This document shows positions 44,236-54,224 of a stretch of DNA of 64,000 nucleotides, piece after piece. Source of the DNA: an uncultured Acidimicrobiia bacterium (lineage in GTDB: Bacteria > Actinomycetota > Acidimicrobiia > Acidimicrobiales > AC-14). The notes under the pieces are model-generated. The model was not told where the DNA came from, searched no databases, and was given only the letters and a program-made list of their open reading frames with translations. Numbering within the stretch: position 1 is the first letter of the stretch; every line of letters starts with the position of its first letter. The position numbers were made by a program, and so were the translations under genes. The stretch is taken from contig CAWIIV010000015.1 of NCBI GenBank assembly GCA_963836205.1, forward strand, positions 352,001-416,000, given 5' to 3'.

Positions 44236-44829
44236 ATGAGGGCGAGGAACTTCAAGATCAAGAGAACGGCGGGGGCACTGCTGGCCGGTGTGGTCGGCAT
44301 GCTGGCGGCGGCGATGTTGACCGCGGCTCCCGGTGCCGCGCAGACCGGCCTGACCAGCGGCGATGCGGTCGCCGCCGACGGCTCCACCGCGTCGGGCACC
44401 GCGTTCGCCGCCGACAACTCGACCGCGTCGGGCGACGCCACCGCCATCCACGATTCGACCGCGTCGGGCACCGCCGTCGCCGTCGACGGCTCCACCGCGT
44501 CGGGATGCGCCCAGGCGTTCGACGACTCCACCGCGTCCGGCAGCGCCATCGCCGTCGGTGGCTCCACCGCGTCCGGCGGGAGCGGGGTGTGCCCGGCGGA
44601 GGCCACGCCGACCGTCCCCACCACCGTCGGCCCATCCGAGACCACGGTCCCCACCACCGCGCCCCCGGCGACGACTCCTCCCGCCACCACCGGGACCACG
44701 CCGGTGTTGGCCCGCACCGGGTCGAGCGTGCTCGCCGTCGCCGCCACCGGCATCGTCGTGGCCCTCGCCGGCGGGCTGCTCCTCGGCTACGCGTCGCGGC
44801 GGTGGCCGGTGGCCTTCTACGGCTGGTAG
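44236..44829 (+). CDS. Secreted repeat protein with LAxTG sortase-type anchor
   Basis: Signal peptide, 6x12-aa GxAxAxxxSTAS repeats, Thr/Pro linker, LARTG + TM + RR. Confidence 0.8.
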   Translation: MRARNFKIKRTAGALLAGVVGMLAAAMLTAAPGAAQTGLTSGDAVAADGSTASGTAFAADNSTASGDATAIHDSTASGTAVAVDGSTASGCAQAFDDSTASGSAIAVGGSTASGGSGVCPAEATPTVPTTVGPSETTVPTTAPPATTPPATTGTTPVLARTGSSVLAVAATGIVVALAGGLLLGYASRRWPVAFYGW

Positions 44830-44835
44830 CGGGCG

Positions 44836-46623
44836 TCAGTCATAGGTGGCCTCCACCGCCCACCGGCCACCTTCGACCACCAGCAGGTAGGCGGCGCCGT
44901 CGGCGGTGACGACCTGGGTGCGAGCCCGGCGGCGGTGGGCCGCCGGGTCCCACCATCGCTCGTCGACCGGCCACGGCCCGGCCCACGCCACCACGTCGGC
45001 CGGCGGCCGTCCCGCGACCGCCACCCGGGCGGGCGGGGCCGACACCGTCGCCCGGCCGGTGACCGCCACCACCCGGCCGGCGCCGTCGAGCACCTCCACC
45101 GGCGGGGGGACGGGGTGGACGGTGGCCGGTGCCGGCGGGGGGATTCGACCCGGCCACGGGGGGACGACGGCCGTTCCCTCGGCGAACTGAGGGTTCGGCG
45201 GCGGCGAGGGAGCGTCGCCCCACGGGACCAGGCGGGCCTGCTCCCACGGCCCTCGGCCCCCGGCGAGAGTGGCGGTGACCACCGACTCGGGACCGAGGAC
45301 GCCCTGCACCCGGGCCAGAGCCCGGGCGGCCCGCTCGGCGGCGGCCCGGTCGCCGCCCCAGAAGCCCAGTTGGCGACCATCGTCAGGCCCCACCTCGTCG
45401 GGCGTGAGGCGGAGGAGCACCAGTCCGCCGGTGGGGACGTCGGCGGCGGCCCCCCGCCCGGCCAGCCAGCCGTCGACCTGCCACCGCACCCGTTCGGCGA
45501 GGGCGGCCGGGGTGAGGCCGCCGTCGTGCCGCCATCGGCGGGCCAGCCACTCCCCGTGCTCGGTCTCGGCCTCCACCAGCACCCGGGTGGCGGCCAGGCC
45601 CCGGGTGGCCAGGGCCAGGTGGAGCTGCTCGGCCAGCGACCGGGCCAGGAAGGCCACCGTCTCCAACCGGTCGGCGGGCGGATCGATGGCGGCGGTGACG
45701 GCCAGGTCGGGGGGAGGGGTGCGGGCCGCGACCGGGCGTTCGTCGAGGCCCCGCGCCCGCCGGCAGGCGCCCGCCCCCTCGGTGCCGAACCGGGCCAGCA
45801 CCGCCGGCAGGGGCAGGGCGGCCAGGTCGCCCACGGTGCGGATGCCGAGGCGGACGAGGAGGTCGGCCCGGTCGGTGTCGCCGGTCGTGGCCGCCGCCAC
45901 CGGGAACCCGGCCAGGAACGCCCGGCTCCCGCCGCGGGGCACCACCACCGGCCCGCCGGACGACGTGGACGACAGGGCGGCCAGCTCGGCCGCCAGCCGG
46001 CCGTCGGCCACCCCCACCCGGCAGCGGGGGGCACCGGCCGCAATCCCCGCCAGGACCCCGTCGACCGCCGCGGCCACCTTCGCCGCCAGTGACGCGTCGC
46101 CGCCGAAATAACGGGACGGGCCCCGGGTGGCGAAGGCGCACACCCCCGGACGCACGATCTCCACCCCCGGCGTGAACGCCTCGACGGCGGCCACCACCGG
46201 CTCGAACGCCCGGGCGTCGCGGCCGGGGTCGTCGGCCACCACGACCACCTGCGGGCAACGGGACTCGGCCTGCCGCCGACGCAACCCTCGCTCCACGCCC
46301 TCGGCCCGGGCTGCCTCCGAGCACGCCACCACCCGGTTGGCGAAGACCACCGCCACCTTCGCCGCGCCCAACCGAAGACGGTCACCAGTTGCCAGGTGAC
46401 CCGACGCCCCCACCGGGGCCTCTCCCAACTGGTGACGGTTTTGGGGGTCAGGGCCACCGAAAACGTCACCAGTTGCGAGATGATCCGACGCCCCCACCGG
46501 GGCCTCTCCCAACTGGTGACAGTTTTGGGGGTCAGGGCCACCGAAAACGTCACCAGTTGCCAGGTGGCCCGACGCCACCACCGGCCAGTCGGGACAGTGC
46601 ACGACCAGCAGGCGTTCAGTCAC
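44836..46623 (-). CDS. imuB: ImuB, Y-family DNA polymerase-like protein
   Basis: CPDWP N-terminus, GLRRRQAESRCP, LGIRTVGDLAAL, WAGPWPVDERWW, EATYD end. Confidence 0.93.
   Translation of the reverse strand: MTERLLVVHCPDWPVVASGHLATGDVFGGPDPQNCHQLGEAPVGASDHLATGDVFGGPDPQNRHQLGEAPVGASGHLATGDRLRLGAAKVAVVFANRVVACSEAARAEGVERGLRRRQAESRCPQVVVVADDPGRDARAFEPVVAAVEAFTPGVEIVRPGVCAFATRGPSRYFGGDASLAAKVAAAVDGVLAGIAAGAPRCRVGVADGRLAAELAALSSTSSGGPVVVPRGGSRAFLAGFPVAAATTGDTDRADLLVRLGIRTVGDLAALPLPAVLARFGTEGAGACRRARGLDERPVAARTPPPDLAVTAAIDPPADRLETVAFLARSLAEQLHLALATRGLAATRVLVEAETEHGEWLARRWRHDGGLTPAALAERVRWQVDGWLAGRGAAADVPTGGLVLLRLTPDEVGPDDGRQLGFWGGDRAAAERAARALARVQGVLGPESVVTATLAGGRGPWEQARLVPWGDAPSPPPNPQFAEGTAVVPPWPGRIPPPAPATVHPVPPPVEVLDGAGRVVAVTGRATVSAPPARVAVAGRPPADVVAWAGPWPVDERWWDPAAHRRRARTQVVTADGAAYLLVVEGGRWAVEATYD
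46381..46576. repeat. 84-bp tandem repeats containing ~50-bp palindromes inside imuB
   Basis: gtcaccagttgc recurs at 46381, 46465 and 46549; palindromes at 46426-46475 and 46510-46559. Confidence 0.92.
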
Positions 46624-46626
46624 GGG

Positions 46627-47382
46627 TCACCCGACCTCCTGGAAGCCGACGTCACTGCCGCCGACGCCGTCACTTCCGGCAGGGGCCACCGACGCCACCG
46701 CGCCCATCGGATCCGGCAGCCAGAGCAACGCCCGCCGCTCTCGGGACGCCGCCCCCCGACCGCCACCCACCACTTCCACCCGCCGGGCCCGCAGGCGCCC
46801 GTGCCCCGGCCCCGGACCGACCCACTCCGAGCGGACCACCGCCAGCCGGATGTCGGCCGCCTCCGGCCAACCCCCCGCAGCCACCACCAGCACCGACCCC
46901 CGCTCCCGGGCCCGGGCCGCCAGCCGCCGGGCGTCGGCCGGCCGCACCGAACCCGAGCCCGAGCCCGACCCCGACGGCGGCCAGGCCAGGACCACGTCGA
47001 GGGCGTCGAGGAGGGTGGCCACCACCCACGCCCACCCCCCGGGGCCGGTGGCCGACGGATCCGGCGCCGGCACCAGGGGAAACCGCTCGAGGACGATGCC
47101 GAGCTCGGCCGCCGCCACCAGGCCCAACGCGGGCCGGCCCACCGCCCCGCACCACGACCCCGACGCCGACGCGGCCGCGGCCAGGGCCAACGCCAACGAC
47201 GACGACCCCTCCACCGCCACGACCGATCCCCGCCGCAGCCCCCGCTCGGGCAGCAACGGCTGGAGGGCGGCCAGCACCGGCAGCCGCTGGTCGGCCGCCA
47301 AGGACACCGGCGCCGCCCGCTCCACCAACACGCCCGGGATGGCCGGCTTCCCCATCGCGAGCTCCCGGGCGGCCACGACCAT
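46627..47382 (-). CDS. imuA: ImuA'-like RecA-fold protein
   Basis: GLRRGSVV, SLALAL, AAAELGI.LER, RRLAARARERG; directly upstream of imuB. Confidence 0.88.
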   Translation of the reverse strand: MVVAARELAMGKPAIPGVLVERAAPVSLAADQRLPVLAALQPLLPERGLRRGSVVAVEGSSSLALALAAAASASGSWCGAVGRPALGLVAAAELGIVLERFPLVPAPDPSATGPGGWAWVVATLLDALDVVLAWPPSGSGSGSGSVRPADARRLAARARERGSVLVVAAGGWPEAADIRLAVVRSEWVGPGPGHGRLRARRVEVVGGGRGAASRERRALLWLPDPMGAVASVAPAGSDGVGGSDVGFQEVG

Positions 47383-47413
47383 GCCCCACTGTAGGTGAGG
47401 CCAGGGCCAGTGG

Positions 47414-47429
47414 TCGAATGTATGTTCGT
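47414..47429. promoter_or_regulatory. LexA SOS box upstream of imuA
   Basis: TCGAAT-GTAT-GTTCGT (revcomp ACGAACATACATTCGA), 15/16 identical to the dnaE2 box. Confidence 0.85.
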
Positions 47430-47528
47430 CTCTTTCGGGGCCCGCCGGGAAACGGGTTGGGACCCTTGCCGCGCCCCGGGGGACCTTCGCCTCTGGGACC
47501 ACGACCCCGCGTTCACGATGCTGGCACC

Positions 47529-48933
47529 ATGTACAGCCCCAACCCGACCTCCTCCCGGCGCGACAGCCTGTCCGCCTTCTCCGTGGGCCTCGCCGCCCTC
47601 GCCCTGCTCACCGCCATGGTGGCGGTCGGCTTCGGCGTCCGGGCGGTGGACGAGAACGGCACCGACGTCGTCGCCGGCGGGCAGACGAGCACCGCCCCCG
47701 CCACCGCGTCCGTCGACCTCACCGAGTTCGACATCCCGACCACCTCCGTCGCCGTCGGCGGCTCCCTCCACGTGACCAACACCGGCGCCACCGCCCACAA
47801 CCTGGTGGTCGACGAGATCGGCGTCGCCACCGACGAGCTCGGCTCGGGTGCCAGCCAGCACCTCGCCCTCACCGGCGTCGCCGCCGGCACCTACACCATG
47901 TTCTGCTCGATCCCCGGCCACCGTGAGGCCGGCATGCAGGCCAAGCTCACCGTCGCCGGCACCCCGGCCGCCACCGGGCGGCGACCACCGCCGGACAAGC
48001 CAGCGACGCCCCGTCACACGAGGGCATGGACTACCAGGCCATGACCCAGGCCATGCTCGAGACCATGGGCCAGTTCCCGGCCTCGACCGAGGGCGTCGGC
48101 AACACCGACCTCCAGCCGACCGAGGTCACCGCCGACGGCGTGAAGGTGTTCGACCTGGTCGCCGCCATCACCAAGTAGGAGCGGGCCCCGGGCGACGTGG
48201 TCGACGCCTGGAGCTACAACGGCGTGGTTCCCGCCCCGTCCATCCACCTCCAGGTGGGCGACCGAGCCCAGTTCCGCCTCCGCAACGACCTCCCCATCGC
48301 AACCGACCTCCACCTGCACGGCCTCAACGTCGAGAACCGGTTCGACGGGATCGCCCCGCTCACCCAGCCCCTGATCGAGCCGGGCGCCACCTTCACCTAC
48401 GAGTACACCGCCGACGAGGTGTCGGTGGCCATGTACCACCCCCACTTCCACTCCCAGGTGGGCCTGCCCAACGGGATGTTCGGCACCATCTTCGTGGGCC
48501 AGGTGCCGATCCCCCAGGGTCGCACCATCGGCGGAGAGGTGGTCCCCGCCGACATGCAGATCGCCCAGGACTTCCCCATGGTCCTCAACGACGCGGGCGT
48601 GATCGGCTACAGCTCAACGGCAAGAGCTTCCCCGCCACCGCCCCCATCGTGGCCGGCACCGGCCAGTGGGTGCTCTTCCACTACTTCAACGAGGGCACCC
48701 AGATCCACCCGATGCACCTCCACCAGTTCGACCAGATCGTGATCGCCAAGGACGGGTTCACCCTCGACCAGCCCTACGTCGCCGACACCCTCAACGTGGC
48801 TCCCGGCGAGCGGTACTCGGTGCTCGTCAACCTGGACAAGGCCGGCACCTGGGTCTGGCACTGCCACATCCTTCCCCACGTCGAGGACGAGGACGGGATG
48901 TTCGGGATGGTCACCGCGGTGGTCGTCCAGTAG
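47529..48933 (+). pseudogene. Cupredoxin + two-domain multicopper oxidase, interrupted by frameshifts (~47980, ~48610) and an in-frame TAG at 48176
   Basis: FCSIPGHREAGM; HLHG, MYHPH; HPMHLH, WHCHILPH..GM. Confidence 0.75.
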
Positions 48934-48993
48934 TCGCCCCCCGAAAATCGCCGCAGCGGGCGGGTCACGGGGCAGGACGTACAGTCCTGCCTC

Positions 48994-49806
48994 GTGACGA
49001 CACGTGATGCCGACCGCTGGCGGGTGCCACCGGGCACGACCGTCGACCTCACCGCCATCGATCCCGGCAGCACCGACGGGATGCCGGCGAAGGACAGGGC
49101 GGCCGTGGTCGTGCCCGACCTCCACGACCGGCTCCGCAGCCTCCAGGAACGGCTCTTCGCCGAGCACCGGCAGTCGCTGCTGATCGTCCTCCAGGCGATC
49201 GACGCCGGCGGCAAGGACGGGACGATCAAGCACCTCTTCGGCGGCCTCAACCCGGCCGGCGCCCAGGTGGTGTCGTTCGGCGTGCCGTCGGAGGACGAGC
49301 TCGCCCACGACTTCCTGTGGCGGGTCCACCAGCGCACGCCGGCCAAGGGCAACGTGGTGGTGTTCAACCGCTCGCACTACGAGGACGTCCTCGTGGTTCG
49401 CGTGAAGGACCTGGTCCCGGAGGAGGTGTGGCGTCCCCGCTACAAGCTCATCAACCACTTCGAGGCCAACCTGGCCGCGGCCGGGACCACGATCGTGAAG
49501 GTCTTCCTCCACATCTCCAAGGAGGAGCAGGCCGAGCGCTTCCGCGATCGCCTCGACGACCCCACCAAGTGCTGGAAGTTCCGGGTCGGCGACCTCGACG
49601 ACCGGGCCCGGTGGGACGACTACCGCCAGGCGTTCGAGGAGGCCATCACCCGCACGTCGACCGAGCAGGCGCCGTGGTACGTGGTGCCCGCCGACCATAA
49701 GTGGTACCGCAACTGGGCCGTCAACCGCATCGTGGTGGAAACCCTGGAGGCGATGGACCCCCGCTACCCGCCCTGCGACGAGCTCAAGGGCGTCGTGATC
49801 AGCTAG
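48994..49806 (+). CDS. ppk2: PPK2 family polyphosphate:nucleotide phosphotransferase
   Basis: DAGGKDG, FNRSHYEDV, APWYVVPADHKWYR. Confidence 0.95.
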   Translation: MTTRDADRWRVPPGTTVDLTAIDPGSTDGMPAKDRAAVVVPDLHDRLRSLQERLFAEHRQSLLIVLQAIDAGGKDGTIKHLFGGLNPAGAQVVSFGVPSEDELAHDFLWRVHQRTPAKGNVVVFNRSHYEDVLVVRVKDLVPEEVWRPRYKLINHFEANLAAAGTTIVKVFLHISKEEQAERFRDRLDDPTKCWKFRVGDLDDRARWDDYRQAFEEAITRTSTEQAPWYVVPADHKWYRNWAVNRIVVETLEAMDPRYPPCDELKGVVIS

Positions 49807-49833
49807 ACGGGCTGGATCAGCTGGACGGCTGGA

Positions 49834-50160
49834 TCAGCTGGACGGGCCGGCCATGGGGTCGACGACCTCGACGCCCTCCCGGTAGTACGTGAACAGGTCG
49901 CGGATGATGTCGCCCATGCCCTCGGTGTCGGCGCCCGCCTTGAGGTCGACGGTGACCATGTTGGAGTAGATGTGGACGCCCTCCACCCCGCCGGCGGCGA
50001 ACAGGCGGCGGGCCAGCTCGTCGACCGGCTTGTCGCGGGTGGCGTCGGACGCGGTCTTGAACCGCTCGTGGCCCATCCCCGACAGGCTGCGGTTGAGCTC
50101 GAAGATGGCGACATCGGGGCGGACCGACGGCTTCCTGGTGACGGTGATCAGCTGGCCCAT
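49834..50160 (-). CDS. Hypothetical protein (NifU N-terminal scaffold-like)
   Basis: FELNRSLSG, LARRLF..GGVEGVHIYSNMVTV. Confidence 0.65.
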   Translation of the reverse strand: MGQLITVTRKPSVRPDVAIFELNRSLSGMGHERFKTASDATRDKPVDELARRLFAAGGVEGVHIYSNMVTVDLKAGADTEGMGDIIRDLFTYYREGVEVVDPMAGPSS

Positions 50161-50250
50161 GCGGCCTGGACACTACTCACCGCCGGCACCCCCCATCGAC
50201 GCCGGATCGAAGACACGGCCCCCGGGAGCCCGCTGGGTACGATTCGGCCC

Positions 50251-51465
50251 GTGTCCGAACGGGAGCCGGTGCCGGTCCGCACCATCATGGCCACCATCGG
50301 GCTGGTTCTGGCCACCGCCCTCGGCATCTGGCTGATCCAGAAGGTCGCCCACACCCTCGCCCTGCTCGTCGTCTCCGCCTTCTTCGCCACCGTGCTCACG
50401 CCGGCGGTCGACCTCGTCAAGCGCACGCTCCACGTCAAGCGGGGACAGGCCACGGGCATCGTCTTCCTCCTTCTCCTCCTGACCCTGGCCGGGCTGATGT
50501 ACGCCTTCATCCGTCCCCTCGTCGACCAGACCACGGAGGCGGTCGACAAGTTCCCGCAGTACCTGAGCGACGCCCAGAAGGGCCAGGGACCGCTGGGCGG
50601 CCTGGTCCGCAAGTACGACCTCGAACGCCGCTACGAGGAGAACAAGGACAAGATCTCCGACGCCCTGAGCAAGTCGAGCAGCCGCCTGGTCGACTACGCC
50701 AGCAAGGCCTTCGCCGGCATCCTCTCCCTGCTCACGGTGCTGGTGCTGACGGTGATGATGGTGCTCTACGGCCCCGACCTGCTGAGCAGCGGCCTGGGGG
50801 CGCTCTCGCCACCAAAACGCGACCGGGTCAAGGCGGTGGCGGCCGACTGCGCCAAGGCCCTCACCGGCTACGTCATGGGCAACCTGCTCATCAGCGTGGT
50901 CGCGGGCTCGCTCACCTTCGTCGCCCTGTGGGTCTTCGGCGTGCCGTTCAAGGGGGTCCTCGCCCTGTGGACCGCTTTCGCCGACCTCATCCCCCTGGTG
51001 GGCGCCACCCTCGGCGCCATCCCCACCATCGGCGTCGCCTTCCTCCACTCGGTGCCCGCCGGGATCGGGATGCTGGTCTTCTACACGATCTACCAGCAGT
51101 TCGAGAACCACGTCCTCCAGCCCCAAATAATGTCCAAGACGGTGCAGATCAACCAGCTGTTCGTGCTGGTCAGCGTGCTCTTGGGGGTGGAGGTGTTCGG
51201 CATCCTGGGCGCGCTTCTGGCCATCCCCGCGGCGGGCGTGATCTCGGTGGTCGTCCGCGACCTGTGGGACAACCGCCGGGGCCGGTTCAAGGAGGAGCCC
51301 ACCATCGGCGAGGACGAGATCCCGGTCGACACCGCCATCGCCCACGAGGAGGCGGAGGAGGACCGGGAGGCGGAGGAGGAACGGGCGGCCGATGCCGACG
51401 ACCAGGACGACCCGGCGCCGACCCCGTCCCCGAGTGGCCCCGGCCCCGAACCGGGAGCCGACTGA
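50251..51465 (+). CDS. AI-2E family transporter
   Basis: LIPLVGA, YQQFENHVLQP, GALLAIP; multiple TM helices. Confidence 0.92.
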   Translation: MSEREPVPVRTIMATIGLVLATALGIWLIQKVAHTLALLVVSAFFATVLTPAVDLVKRTLHVKRGQATGIVFLLLLLTLAGLMYAFIRPLVDQTTEAVDKFPQYLSDAQKGQGPLGGLVRKYDLERRYEENKDKISDALSKSSSRLVDYASKAFAGILSLLTVLVLTVMMVLYGPDLLSSGLGALSPPKRDRVKAVAADCAKALTGYVMGNLLISVVAGSLTFVALWVFGVPFKGVLALWTAFADLIPLVGATLGAIPTIGVAFLHSVPAGIGMLVFYTIYQQFENHVLQPQIMSKTVQINQLFVLVSVLLGVEVFGILGALLAIPAAGVISVVVRDLWDNRRGRFKEEPTIGEDEIPVDTAIAHEEAEEDREAEEERAADADDQDDPAPTPSPSGPGPEPGAD

Positions 51466-52676
51466 TGCCCTCCGAGGTGGTGGAGGTCGAGGGCCACATC
51501 ATCGACTCGCTGATCCTGGCCAAGATCCTCGACGTGATCCTCGACGCGGGGGCCGACTACCGCCTGCTCGACTTCGACATCGGACGCACCAACACCGACG
51601 CCAGCCGGGCCCGCTTCGAGGTCACCGCCGACGACGACGACCTGCTGGGCGCGCTCCTCGACGAGCTCCACATCCACGGGGCCAACCGGGTGGTCACCGG
51701 CGACGCCGTCACCACCTTCGCCGACACCCCGGGCGTCCTGCCCGAGGGCTTCTACTCCACCACCAACCTGGCCACCGAGGTCCGCCTGCACGGGCGGTGG
51801 GTGCCGGTGGTCAACCCGGAGATGGACTGCGGGCTCGTGGTGCGCCCCGACGGGCAGGTCCGCACCATCCCCATGCACCGGGTGGTGGTGGGCGACGCCA
51901 TCGTGGTGGGCGCCGACGGGGTGCGGGTACGTCCCATGTCGCGTCCCCGCGGCCCGAGCCCGTTCGAGTTCATGAACTCCGACGTGTCCTCGGAGAAGCC
52001 CAAGGAGCTGCTGGTGTCCCAGGTGGCCGAGCGCATACGCCTGGCCCGGGCCGCGGGAGGCAAGATCCTCGCCGTGTGCGGGCCGGCGGTCGTCCACACC
52101 GGCGCCGCCCCCGACCTGGCCCGCCTGGTGCGGGGCGGGTGGGTCGACGTCCTCTTCGCCGGCAACGGCTTCGCCACCCACGACATCGAGTCCAACGTGC
52201 TGGGCACGTCGCTCGGCGTGCCCCTCGTCGGCACCCTGCCCCTGGAGGGGTCCCACAGCAACCACCTGCGGGTGATCAACGAGGTCCGTCGGCGGGGGTC
52301 GATCGCGGCTGCGGTGGCCGACGGGTTCATCCCCGGGGGCGTGATGTACGAGTGCGTGCGCCTGGGCATTCCCTTCGTGCTGGCCGGCTCGGTGCGCGAC
52401 GACGGTCCCCTCCCCGACGTCAAGACCGACATGGTGGAGGCGGCCGACGCCATGCGCGAGCTGGTTCCGGGGGTGACGGTGGCGCTCATGCTGGCGTCGA
52501 CCCTCCACGCCATCGCCACCGGCAACATGCTGCCTGCGGGGGTGGAGACATTCTGCGTCGACATCAACCAGGCGGTGGTCACCAAGCTCGCCGACCGGGG
52601 CAGCCACCAGGCGCTGGGGATCGTCACCGATGCCGGCCTGTTCCTCCACAGCCTGGCCGACCACCTCACCCCTTGA
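51465..52676 (+). CDS. TIGR00300 family (ArgZ/AgrE C-terminal, ornithine cyclodeaminase-like)
   Basis: GHIIDS, PEGFYSTTN, VSSEKPK, AGSVRDDGPLP, TKLADRGS. Confidence 0.9.
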   Translation: MPSEVVEVEGHIIDSLILAKILDVILDAGADYRLLDFDIGRTNTDASRARFEVTADDDDLLGALLDELHIHGANRVVTGDAVTTFADTPGVLPEGFYSTTNLATEVRLHGRWVPVVNPEMDCGLVVRPDGQVRTIPMHRVVVGDAIVVGADGVRVRPMSRPRGPSPFEFMNSDVSSEKPKELLVSQVAERIRLARAAGGKILAVCGPAVVHTGAAPDLARLVRGGWVDVLFAGNGFATHDIESNVLGTSLGVPLVGTLPLEGSHSNHLRVINEVRRRGSIAAAVADGFIPGGVMYECVRLGIPFVLAGSVRDDGPLPDVKTDMVEAADAMRELVPGVTVALMLASTLHAIATGNMLPAGVETFCVDINQAVVTKLADRGSHQALGIVTDAGLFLHSLADHLTP

Positions 52677-52689
52677 CCGCCGGACCCCT

Positions 52690-53559
52690 GTGACGGCCCT
52701 CGCCTGGGGCCGGCGGTTCCTCATGTGCCCGCCGGTGCACTTCGGCGTCCTCTACGAGATCAACCCGTGGATGCACCGCGAGGTCCGGGTCGACGTCGAC
52801 CGCACCCGGGAGCAGTGGGACGGCCTGGTCGCCAACCTGGAGGCGGCGGGGGCGGAGGTCGAGGTCATGGAGCCCCAGCCCGACCTGCCCGACCTTGTCT
52901 TCACCGCCAACGCCGGCACCCTCAACCACGAGGTCTTCGTCCCCAGCCGCTTCCGCCACCCCGAGCGCCAGCCCGAGGTCCCCCACTTCGTGGACTGGTT
53001 CGAGCAGGCCGGCTATCAGGTGCGCCGGCTCCCGGAGGACGTGTCGCACGAGGGGGCGGGCGACACCCTGCCCTTCCGGGACGTGTTCCTCTCCGGCTAC
53101 CGCTACCGCTCCGACGCCGGCGCCCACGGGCCCCTGTCCCGGCTGATCGGGGCGCCGGTGCGTCCCATCGAGCTGGCCGACCCCCGCTGCTACCACCTCG
53201 ACCTCACCTTCTGTCCCCTCGACGACCGCCGGGCGCTGGTCGCCCGCCACTTCTGGGACGCCTACGGGCGCAAGGTGGTCGACGCCCTGGTGCCCGAGCC
53301 GTTCGCCCTGGAGGACGACGAGGTGCTGGCCTTCTGCGCCAACTCGGTGGTGGTGGGCACCACCGTGATCATGCCGTCGTGCCCGCCCCGGGTCGGCCGC
53401 CAGCTGGAGGCGTGGGGCTTCGACGTGGTCGTGTCGCCGGTGGACGAGTTCCAGAAGGGGGGCGGCGCCTGCCGCTGCCTCACGCTCGCGTTGGATGTCG
53501 CGGTGGGATCGGCGGACCGCGAACGCACCCGTGGGTCCTGGGTCGGAAAGGGGCGCTAG
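52690..53559 (+). CDS. Amidinotransferase/DDAH family (arginine dihydrolase-like)
   Basis: YEINPWM, PDLVFTANAG, EGAGD, YHLD, GGGACRCLTL. Confidence 0.9.
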   Translation: MTALAWGRRFLMCPPVHFGVLYEINPWMHREVRVDVDRTREQWDGLVANLEAAGAEVEVMEPQPDLPDLVFTANAGTLNHEVFVPSRFRHPERQPEVPHFVDWFEQAGYQVRRLPEDVSHEGAGDTLPFRDVFLSGYRYRSDAGAHGPLSRLIGAPVRPIELADPRCYHLDLTFCPLDDRRALVARHFWDAYGRKVVDALVPEPFALEDDEVLAFCANSVVVGTTVIMPSCPPRVGRQLEAWGFDVVVSPVDEFQKGGGACRCLTLALDVAVGSADRERTRGSWVGKGR

Positions 53560-54183
53560 GCGCCCCTTTTCATACCCAGGAAGGGTGGCGGCGGTGCGTC
53601 CAGCCGGGTCGTCACCTCCACCAGCGACGGGCGGCGGGGTGGCTCGCTGAACCCGAAAAGCAGCGGCGGCGTCAGCGGGCCGACGGAACCCAGGTCGAGG
53701 CCGCCGAGGGTGGCCCGGGCTGCCGTCACCGGCCGGTACCGCGACGCCTGATACCACTCCCGCACGCCGGAGGGGCTCACACCGTAGGCCTCGACGTGCA
53801 GCAAGCGGCGGGCGATCGGTGCCTCCAGGTACCGGGTGAACCACCGCGGCCGGCGGCGTGGGGCAGGGATGGGCCAGCCGCGGCCGGCCTCGAGATGAAG
53901 TTCGAGTCCGAGGTCGGGAGCGTGCAGGTCGAGGCCGTGGCCATCCGCCTGCACGACGAGCGGGGTCACGAGCACCCGGTCGAAGGCGTAGACGGCGGAC
54001 ACGAAGCCGGCCACGGCCTGCGTCGGCGCCGCCAGCCACCGCTCGCCGGTGGAGCGTCGCCCACATGAGGTCGTCCATCGGACCGAGCGGCCCCGACCGC
54101 CAGTGCCCGACCACGAACCGGTCGCCGGAGGCAAAGCCGGCGCTGGCGATCACGCCGACGAGCAAAGGACGCGGACGAGTCAA
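53556..54183 (-). CDS. Conserved hypothetical protein, frameshifted near 54060
   Basis: GFASGDRFVVGHW in one frame; ERWLAAP...FGFSEPP in another. Confidence 0.6.
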
Positions 54184-54224
54184 GGACCCGGACGAGCCAA
54201 GGACGCGGACGAGCCAAGGACGCC
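54157..54224. repeat. Four 17-bp tandem repeats
   Basis: GACGAG(C/T)(A/C)AAGGAC(G/C)C(G/C) x4. Confidence 0.85.

Noticed and set aside
49806-49847. Short duplicated GGCTGGATCAGCTGGAC between convergent genes
   Set aside because: Only two copies; likely local slippage with no further evidence of function.
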